Assembly: GCF_009914755.1 (NCBI RefSeq) | Contig: NC_060926.1 | Direction: 5' to 3' (one strand) | From: the human T2T-CHM13v2.0 reference genome, Homo sapiens | Length of the DNA stretch: 64,000 nucleotides | Shown: positions 54,057 to 64,000 of the stretch, one piece after another | How positions within the stretch are numbered: the stretch's first letter is position 1 | How the letters are laid out: every line of letters starts with the position of its first letter | The notes under the pieces: model-generated | What the model was told of the DNA's origin: nothing | Databases searched by the model: none | The model's input: the letters and a program-made list of their open reading frames with translations, nothing else | Made by a program: the position numbers and the translations under genes

Positions 54057-56086
54057 TTCAAGAAGAAGATTGCACTTTTAGTGACAGGCACTGCAGGAAT
54101 CCATGTTATAGGTAAGGTTATTTATCAGATGCAGTCTTTGTATTCAGGTGAACATTCTGGGCAGAAGACACAGCTTTGTGTACCTCAGTAGTCTTGTGAG
54201 ATAACATGGACAATCCCAGTGCATAGCCCCTGTGTCACTGGCTTTGAGGTGAAGTGGCTCAAGCCGACCTAGCCATATAGCCTGGGAGCATATATAGTGC
54301 TGGGGATGATGAAAGTCAGATACGTGCTTCACCCTGGTGAGTGAAGCACATCCGTAACATAACTCCATAAGCACTGGGAAAACCCTACTGTCCTAGAAAA
54401 TAACTTGGCATCCCTACATAATAGAAAAGAGATTTTTTTTAAGCTTAAGATTTTGATCCTTGTTACAGTGAGAAGAAATCCTCTGGAAGGGGTAATTCAG
54501 CCTTATCCTTTATTCATTATCTTGGTTTAAATGAGTTTCAGGTAATTTTCTGAAGGTACTAACCTTTGGACAAAAGAAGAGGGGGAGAAACACAAGGAAT
54601 TGGATGTCTAAATGTGGCTGGAGAGGAAATGTACATAGAAAGGGGAAAGATGCTGTGCTGACTTCTTAGTTTGGCTCAGGGCTGGTAGCCAGAGTAGCTT
54701 CTGGCTTAAAGGAAGTATCAAGCCTCGTGATTTAGGGCTTTGTGACTCATAATGTAGAGGGTGATATTGCTTATAAGTTCTGCGAGACACACTGCATTTT
54801 CAGCAAAATCTTGCCTTTCAAGAAACCTAATTACATGGCCCCAAGTCTGAATTCAGTGGTGCTGGAGAGCTGCATGTAGAAGCATTTAAAGACATAGAAT
54901 GCTGTGTCACACAGAAGTTGTGTTTAACCGATTAGCAGATTAGTTAACAAGGGCACAGACATGGCTTAGACAGTTGATGAAGTGACTATTTTAAGTCCTT
55001 AATCCCTAAGTGTTATATCTTAATTGCTTTGATGAGGCCTGAGATATTTTTGGTTTTGGTAGCTTGTTTTGTTTTCACTCTTTGTGGTGGGATGGGGAGA
55101 AGCATATGCACATGCACACATATATACACTCTCCGCCTCAATTCCCCTTTAGAGACAAATCCTGCAAAAACCAATGCCTGTCCAAGATACCTAATGGGGT
55201 GAGGGGTTCTCCATTTTAATCAGGAAATTCACTAGGTTTAATGACATCTGAGACACACAAGGTGCTGTGATTCCCACAAAGGGGATTGTTTTCCTACAAG
55301 AAAAGTTAGAATCTGAAGAAAATGTATGGCAGTTAGAATCCACAAAATCAATTTTGAAGCAGTTTGGTACTTGTCTTATATATACTGAGACCACAGACAC
55401 AATCAAGCAAAAAAAGAAAAAGGGTCATGGAGAAAAAGATGAAAACCGACAGGAAAGAAGGGAGAGAAAAGACAACTCTAATTTTACATTGAACTCTCAG
55501 GTCAAATCAGTTGAATCTGAAACAACCTATTCTGAAACATCTGAAATAGAATAAAGGAATACAGATGGTTCAAAATGCATTTGTCCTCCTGTTAATGAGG
55601 GATCAGAGTACCATATTAAGTCCTGCATTAATTGTTTTTAAAATAGTAAATACTTTTAAAAGTAAATTTCATAACAATTCATGTCGGTCACATTTATGTA
55701 CCTATGGTCAACTGCTCTAGACAAGGGGAGCAAGTTGAGTAGCAGGGTAAAAGAAAAATATCCTGATTATTAATGGAATTAATGATCTCTTCTTCATTTA
55801 CGACTCAAACATAGGCAATATACTCTGTTTCCCGAAATACTGAGCAACCAGTTACGAACTGTCATTTACTGTGCATCTGCTATGTAACTGCGTGCCAGAG
55901 ACCATTACATCAAAGTAAAAGAGATGATTCCTGATCTTCAGGAGTTGAGAGTTTGAGACATAAGCCATTTAATGAAACCACAGTGAATGGTACAAAATAC
56001 AACATTCCATTTACCCAAAAGGAAGACAAAAGTTGTTCCCAAGTAGTTTAACTTTAAAATAGGGTGGTTCTTAAATTCATGTGGAG

Positions 56087-56100
56087 GTGCCATCTAGTGG
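56087..56100 (-). promoter_or_regulatory. CTCF core motif
   Basis: Reverse complement CCACTAGATGGCAC is a 14/14 match to CCASYAGRKGGCRS. Motif match only. Confidence 0.6.
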
Positions 56101-57918
56101 TGAAAGAGGTAACTGTGAAGGAAGCCAAGCCGTCAGGGAGATAGAGGCCAGGCCTTTCTAATTATCATATAATCCCACTGCGATTTTGTCAGTTGTAGGA
56201 GTCTTCCTGTATCTTAGAAATAAATTATAAAACCAAATTATGTGGATAGGAGCAGTATCACCAGGGGAAGAGGTTTCAAAATTACAGTAAAAATTTCAAA
56301 TCAACAAAGAGGGTCATACAATTTTTACAGGTAAAGAACTTTAGGGCAACCCTGTTTTGTCATTGCATTTAGGGAACATAGGACATATTAATATCAGGAG
56401 TTACAGTTTAATAAAGATGCCTACATTCCAAGTTCTGTGGATAAATTTATGGTGAATTGTTTTTCTACAAAGAAGTTGAGAATAAGTAAAAATGGTGAAA
56501 GTGAGGGAAACGTTGAGGATCCTAAAGATAATGTCAGTAAGGAGAACTATAAAGAGCCATAAGTGGTAAAACACACACACAACCTTCCTATGTATACTCT
56601 TACCCCTACAGGTACCCTGTAACACTCCACAGACAGGATAGAAATGGATTTCCCGTTAATTACAGAGCTGGTTGTATAGATTTCATATAACCATGTAGTA
56701 TTTGAGGAAAACACAAGGCTTAAGTACTGTTTAAAGCAAACAAAATCTAGATGAAAATATATTAAAACCAACCGAAGGCACTGAAATCTGAGTTAGTGAA
56801 CAGCGTACATATTAGTAAGGAAACGCAGTGTCAAAGCTTATAAGCACATATAGAAACCAAAATGAGATAAATCACGGGGTGCTGAGGAGAGGCGATGGGC
56901 AGAGTGTGGAAGGAAAGCAAGCCGACTTGAAGTATTTATTAGCAGATACATTCTTTGGAAAACAAATAGGTGGTTACAAAGTACTTAAAACTTTCATCCT
57001 CTTAAACAGTTTAAATACTCTCTCACCATCTTGCTTACATGATTAATTTACCTAGCAAATCCTTTACTCGTGTAGGGAACAGGGGTAAAAACTGCAGCCA
57101 GATCTTGCGTGACTCCAGGCGGTGGCATCTGAAGTCAGGCACCGTGGCGCTGCACCGCACGTGGACGGGTGCTGGCGATTACACGCGGGGAAGAAGAGCG
57201 AGCCTTCTCAGGCCTGTGGGTGGATTTCTTTCTGCCACTTGAGGTGGCAGCACTCACGCTGTAGCCAAGAGAATAATTTTTTTGCGAGCACTCTGCTGTA
57301 GGTGGTGTATTTTGAATAGAGCTTCTAAACAGTTTTGAGAGTAAAGAGCAATGAATCATTCATTTTACATTTTGAAGGCACATCTCACTCTGAAGTCCAG
57401 TGCTCAGAGAGCTGACCCACGTATTTACTTGGGGTAACACCAACTTCAGAATTTAACAACCCCCTTTAAAGCTGTATTTTCTATTTCCTTTCATCCTTCC
57501 TCTGCCTCCTTGTGGCTGACTATCTATCTGCATCTCTCTCCTCACTGCATCCTTGGTCTGCTGTTTTTTGACTTTATTATTAAAAAGTATCCTCTGTTCT
57601 TATGTTTGAAATCTGGTGAATTAAGTCCTTGTACATTTCTCTCTTCTCTTAGAACAGCCCTACTGAGTTGACTTTGAAATTTACGGGTGACCTCAAACTG
57701 ATTTTCTTTTTCCCAGTGAGTCAGGGGTCCTTAATTAGAAAGAAAGAAAAAAAAATAGTTCCCTGGCCCCTGATGGAGAGAGCAGATGAACTTGTGTTAT
57801 CACAGCCCAGCTCGGAAGGCTTGTCTGGAGCCTGGGGGAAATGAGCGGGGAAGGCCCTTGTGTGCCGTAGGAGCGACCTTATAAACAAGCTCGGTTCATT
57901 AACCTCCCCACTGGCGTC

Positions 57919-57934
57919 TACGTGCCTGCACGTG
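57919..57934 (+). promoter_or_regulatory. Candidate HRE/E-box pair TACGTG-cctg-CACGTG
   Basis: Direct motif match in a CpG-retaining, non-repeat segment. Confidence 0.45.
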
Positions 57935-58918
57935 GGGGCGAATGACCATGAGCTTTAAGTTGGGGTTTCCTGGCTTTGTGAAGTTTGACAACTCAAATGT
58001 TCTTCAATTGTGTTTGGGATGTGGTGTATTTCCCAGTTTTTATAGTAGTCTGTTTAAAGGAATGAAGAAAGACATTAAATATTTATTTTAGTTGACAAGA
58101 TAAATGAAAGCTGCTACTGGGAAGATATCTGGCAGTTCTGAAATCTAGGTTTGTTTTTCCACTTCCAAAACATGCCCATTGTATGCCTTTGAATGGATGA
58201 TACATTAATTAGATAAACATTTTATTATGAGGCAGATTATAATAAACATCTACTTTGAACATTTTAATTTAAAGATTCTAATCTCGAAAGGAAATTTAAT
58301 TCCTTCAGAGAGTAGAAAGACATCTTTCCTAGAATGCCAGTAGGCTCATTTTGGAGGGTCTCTAGAAAATTCTAGACCTGCCCAGGAACAGAAGCAGTTT
58401 ATCTGGCAAGTCAGTGAGCCTGCAGATGGCCAGACCATTGTTAGCAGGGCTTACTCATGCAGTTCTAGTTCCCAGGCTAAGCTTGAAAGTCATCCGACCC
58501 AGCAGCGAAGCCATTTGATCGTAGGACCAGCACTGTTCTGTCTCCTTGTTCCCCCCAGTCTCCACCTTTGCCAAGGTGTACTTGGGCGCCAGCCCCAGGG
58601 TCAGGTTGCCAGATAATGTATCCATTGCTAATGAGTTCAGAGACCTCTCTGCTCAGGGCCAAGCGACGGGACAGATCCTTCTGCTCTGAGACTGGCTGGC
58701 TGGCACAAATGAGCTGCTAGGATCTCACTGGAGAAATCTCCACTGGGCTGAATCAGCTGAGACCTAAGCCTCTCAGCCCTGTTGAGCTGCTCCTTGTTTG
58801 ACAAAGGCTTTAACCCCCAAATTCTCACCCAAGCAGAGAACTTGCCTCTTCTCTGCCCACTTCAAAACCAGATGACTTACAGAATGAAGAAAGGATGGAT
58901 AGACTATCATGACAGGTT

Positions 58919-58959
58919 CTGTGTGTGTGTGTGTGCGCGTGCATGTGTGCGCACACACA
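58919..58959. repeat. Alternating purine-pyrimidine tract (TG/CG/CA)
   Basis: tgtgtgtgtgtgtgtgcgcgtgcatgtgtgcgcacacacat. Confidence 0.85.
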
Positions 58960-60842
58960 TTGAGACAGTTAATCATATTATTCTAGAAAAAAAAAGTAGA
59001 TCCTTAGTGCCCAGGTTCCTTAGCAGTGCTGGGATAAACAGGTGTCTGTTTGTACCGTAGGTTCAAAGAGAAAATCAATCTACTGGTCAGCTGTTGAGGT
59101 TTTTACTAAGCACCCGTTATAGAGGAAGCAAAAGGAGAAAGTGGTCCCTGAGTTCAGGGGTTGACAGCCTAGGATGTGAGGAGACAAATGCATAATTTTC
59201 TGTAATATTGTGCATACTCCTTAGGACTTCACGAGAGACGTTGTGCTGGAGGAACTGGAGAGGGCTCTGTGGAGAAGATGAGGCTTTAGCTGGTCCTGGA
59301 GGTGTCAGGGCTTGGAGAAGAGGGGAGAAGAGAAGGCATAAAGCTTCTGCAGCAAGAATGAGTTTTCCAGGCATGGGGAACTGAGGGGAGAGGGGTCTTC
59401 CATGACAGAGGGTACATAACATTTTACAGATGAGTTGAAAATCAAATTGCTCAAAAGATGGAGAGTAGGTTCTGGGGGGACTTGGAAGTTACGCAGCATT
59501 TACTGTTGGTGTGGTTGGCAAAAGTGAAAGCTGTAGATACTTAAATAAGAGTATGGCAGGTTGCAAGTAGTATTTTAGGGCAATTTGGTCTGACAGATGT
59601 ATGCAAGTTGACCTGTTTGGGGGGTGGGTTTAGAGCAGAGACAGGAAATGAGGAGCCACTGCTTCTGCTTTCTGCTTCTGCTTTCCTCTCCGTGTTATTG
59701 ATCCCCTACAAGGATAAATTATAGGACTGTATCCAGGAGTCATGCCTTCTGAAGTAGAGTTGTAATAATGAGACTGTGGCATCACTTCTAACTTGTGATA
59801 GGCCAAGTAAACAAGACAGTGAAGCCATTATTTAAAGTCTGTGAGAGAACCAAGATTTTGAGAGATAATATGGAGGTATTATATAGCCTAGGATAGGACA
59901 TGATATTGGGTAAAGCGGCCAACCTGGTGGTTCTTAGGCAGGGCTTTGTTTATTTTAGTGATTACAGCACAAAACAAAGGGTCCTAAGAATGTTAAGTGA
60001 TTCTTCATGGTTCTCCACATTTGCCCTTTCCTCTGCCCACTTCCCATCAAAACCAGATACCTTACAGAATGAAGAAAGGGACACTGAAATGACAGCCAGT
60101 GGTGTCATCTGAGCTGCCTATTAGAGTATAATAAGGCACATTTCTATGACTATGATTTAATATTTCTTCCTCTCAGCACCTCCTTGCCTCCCTCGTTTCC
60201 TTGAAATGTGAGGCACAAGTAGAAAGTGTCCGAGGGCACCTGAGGTCACAGGCAGGACCTGCAGAAAAGTGAAGGTTTAAGCACAGACGGGTTCTGCCTG
60301 CCTGGACTCCCTCTCACATGCTGGTTGACACAGAGACAAAGGTGGCTCTACCTGGGGCCACATAATTTTCATGTTTCATTTATACTGCCTTCTACTAGAA
60401 TGAGCTTGATGTAGCAACTGGAGGCCCCAGTTTTCATTCTTGCTCTGTCCCTGGACACCTGTGTAGGCATCGAGCAAATTGTCTGCCCGTCCTGGATGTC
60501 TACTCCCTCATCTGCAAAAACTTGGGGTGAGCCCCTTCCAGTGGTTCTTGGAGAACAGACATATGTGTGTACCGGGGTGGTGGGGAGAGGGAGTCCTCAG
60601 AACTGGTGCTTTTCTCTCCTCCCAAACATGGCTTCAGGAAGGGCAGGAACAACAGGGGTTTGGTTAAACCTGCAACTGTAGATTGAGCACAGTGTTCTTT
60701 TGCTTGGATACATGGTACAACAAGAAAGTCTGGATTGTGTTCATCTGCATGTGTGTGTTTGATTTGCCTTCTGGGGTTAGCTCCTGCCCACATGCTGTGC
60801 TAAGTTAATATGGTCTTTCTTCCTTACATGCTGCCTTTTTAA

Positions 60843-61010
<168 letters not shown>

Positions 61011-61629
61011 TGAGTGGGGTGTGACTGGTGAGACAGAAGACCAGGTCACTTCCTCCACAGAGCTGCTGTCTTGTGTGGCAGACAAGACTTATGCCCTCAA
61101 GATGGTTAGAAAACCAAGGCTGCCACCAGCCTATAGACTCCTTCGTGCAAATTAGAAAAAGGACACTTCCTCCAGGGAGACGCACCCGTGCCAAGGTGCA
61201 CAGCTGAGGCAGTGGAGGGTGGGTTGAGTCTCAGTCCCCCATACCACCTCCACGGAGTGCCTGTGTGCAGTCAGTGGTTTGCACACCTTGTGGAACAGCA
61301 CTGTAGAGAGTAAAATAATTCAACATATCATCAACTTGGGTGCATGCTATAGATTCAAGTACATACATTCACAGAAGAGGAGGGCAGGGGGAGTTGAGGA
61401 AAGGACACTTGAGTTGGACCTTGAAGGATCGGGGAGGCTTAGGCTGAACAGAGGGGAAAGTATTATGGGTCCAACTTAACACATATGTTGAGGTAGGCCA
61501 CAGTTCTCAGAGAGCTTGCTTGCTGGATCAAGGGAGCTTTAGAAAAGGCTGTCCAGGCAACCCAGGGATGGCGTATGGAAACTCTGCTTTGCAGTTTGAA
61601 AGAAGCCTGAGTTATGTAAGGACTCTGGA

Positions 61630-61785
61630 AGAGGGCTGCCACATAGAACTTTCTGCAGTGGAAATGTTCTTGAAATGTGGCTAGAGAAACCGAGGAACTG
61701 AACTTTATACAATGTAGTTTTAATTAATTTAAATGTAAATATCCACACTTGGCTTGTAGCTACCATATTGGACAGAGAAGTTCTA
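61630..61785. mobile_element. MER3-like (hAT-Charlie) element
   Basis: atagaactttctgcagtggaaatgttct...gaggaactgaa...tttaattaatttaaat...gctaccatattggacag. Confidence 0.75.
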
Positions 61786-63219
61786 GAGTGTATCCTTGGC
61801 CATGTTCCCAATTCAGGCTTCCTATAGGCAGGTGATCCAGGACCGTTCCCTTGAATCCATGCGACTCATCACTGTGCAAGGGCTCTGGGCCTATAACCCT
61901 GTACTTGGCCCACTGGGGGTGATATAAATTGGTAGAATTGATTCCTGCCCTAAGTGACCTTATTTCTGAGGAAAAAAGAGGACCGTGGGCTCCTTGGGAA
62001 CAAGGGGCTCATATCTTTAACCTCAGTATCTAGCATAGCGTCTGGTACAGAACAGGCACTAAATGCACTATATAAACCGATGGGCAAGACTGTATTTGGA
62101 AAAGAATGCTTCAAAACGAGTGCCCACAGTGGTGCAGACAGTGGTGCTGAGAGGATTATGGGAGGATTAAAAACGGGTAAAGTAAGTCTGAGAAGATTCC
62201 CAGTGGCCCTGCTGGCAATGGAGAAAACGGAAGGGCAGCCATTTGTCCATGGCTCCTAAATCCACCCATCTACCCCAAGGCTAAGACAGCCAAGTTCAGT
62301 GCAGCCAGCAGAGTCACAACCCCGCAAGCTGTATGTGAACATGGTTAACCCACTCTTAAGGAGTGAGATCTTTCTTTTCTTTTATTGGTTCCTCTGCCTC
62401 TTCCTCATGGCTTTTGGGTTTGATTTGACAGTACAACAGGGCCCATTATGATGTCTCAGAGAAGTTTCTCACTGTGCTCTCTGGCAAAACACACACGCGC
62501 ACACACAGACACACACACACAAACAACCTAGATTCAGCCCCACTCAGGAACCCAGAGATGGGGTAGGAGTGGAGGTACTCTTTTATGCCTGTGAATGTGA
62601 CCCCACCTTAGCCTGCCCAAGCTTTGAAATTGTAACATCTGGTTCCAGCCTTCCCTTTGGGATTCCTTCATGCTTCCTGGTCCCTGAGGGGTTCCTGTTT
62701 TCAAAGGCAGGTGACAGAATCATCCAGGCACTGGGACTTAGCGGCCCAGGCTCTGGCCCAGCCGACCCACTGATTCCCTAGGGCCTGGATTTCTGGACCT
62801 TCCTGACTTTAGATGTAAAACTGGGGAAAAGTCTAGCCTTCCTTCCAAGCTAAGGGTGAAGCCAAGGCAAGAGACAAATGTAAAAATTTCTGGGAATTCT
62901 TGGAGGACAGTATTACCTTTTATCTTGTAGGATGGGAAAGCAGAAGAAGCTACTGTCAAAGGAAAAAAAAATTGTGACTTCTGACTAGGCATATAGAAAG
63001 GATTTTCCCTCTTGTTCTTCTTAGAACATCTTCAATCCATAAAAAGGGCTAGGATAAAAATGGTTTATGTTTTCTGCTGACTCTAGGGAAAATAAGGTGC
63101 TTTTTACTGAATCCGTGTATTTACTTATTAGGCACACTGAAAGGTAACTCACAGCCCAAATAGAAATCACAGGCTCTCTCTCCCCTTGATGGAGCCAAGT
63201 AAAGCTGCCCTGAGCTCAG

Positions 63220-63264
63220 AAACCCATAGCTAGCAAAGGGACAAACCCATAGCTAGCCAAGGGA
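63220..63264. repeat. Tandem duplication, 2 x 23 bp
   Basis: aaacccatagctagc(a/c)aaggga at 63220 and 63243. Confidence 0.9.
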
Positions 63265-64000
63265 AATCTGCTTGGGTTGGAAATTGGATTAATGACAGTT
63301 ATGACACGAGCTTGCCCCTTGCCCCCGACCCCTGTCTCTCATTCGTCCTTGAGGTTTTGCAAGTCAAGTTTCACTACAGACTGACACACATGCTCTAGAC
63401 TAACTGGAGGCTCAGGTTTGAGACAGGTCCAGATTCACACACTGGGATCCCCCATTTACACACATGTATGTCTTAGCCTGTAAAGGTTTACCGTTGAAAT
63501 GCCTGGAGAAGCTCAACTAGATTTAGATCATTGAAAGCTGTAATTTCCAAATGGATTAATAATTTATACACTGTTACTCTGGGCGTGAGGTTAGGGGTCA
63601 GTCTCCCTTTGTTATATGAGGATATTATGTGCTTTTAGGCTTTTTATGGCCTTTAATCTTATTTTCCTATCTATTAAGTAGCAGGCCCTTCACCAAGGCT
63701 GGCATTAATGACCAGATGATTAGAAAGCTGGCGTTAATTATATTCTACTGACAGAGCAGGCCCTTGCCTGCAATTGTTAGAAATGCACTTAAAACCTTTG
63801 CTTGCTGCACTGTTTGATCAAAAAGAGTAAGAGCCCTGAATTTGGTTTGCATTAAGGACCATCTAAATAAGTTAAATACAGGCACTTGAAATTGTGCAAG
63901 AATCATTTTACTGCAGCAGAGGAGCCTCAGTGGCACAGATAAAGGGAGAGCAGAGAGGACAAAAGTTATTTCCTTGGTTGAGTCCATGATGGTTTAGGAC

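Noticed and set aside
55267-55554. 95-aa K/E-rich ORF in intron 6
   Set aside because: It arises from A-rich low-complexity composition, has no ATG start (GTG) and no recognisable domain.

Overview
This is primate, almost certainly human, genomic DNA from inside EPAS1 (HIF-2alpha), with the gene on the + strand. The window holds the last ~37.9 kb of intron 1, coding exons 2-7 (bHLH, PAS-A, start of PAS-B; codons ~9-296) and the start of intron 7. All six exons have canonical AG/GT ends and join into one intact reading frame. The rest is intron with ordinary interspersed repeats: 7 Alus plus a FLAM, L1M, L2, MIR, MLT1 LTRs, Tigger1/MER82/Tigger4a, MER5/MER45A/MER3 and microsatellites. Repeat names come from recalled consensus sequences, not a database search. 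I see no foreign insert, RNA gene, second protein-coding gene or new multi-gene system; nearly all ORFs in the track are noise. The best observations are structural or regulatory: (1) three dispersed local duplications about 1 kb apart, one with an attached inverted segment that looks like a replication template switch; (2) a composite Tigger1 + MER82 + extra-TIR unit inserted into an old L1; (3) paired HRE motifs in introns 1 and 6, suggesting possible HIF feedback on EPAS1; (4) a TAG-GAG-TAG tandem acceptor at exon 2; (5) convergent CTCF motifs; (6) non-Tibetan (non-Denisovan-like) alleles at the recalled altitude-adaptation marker sites.
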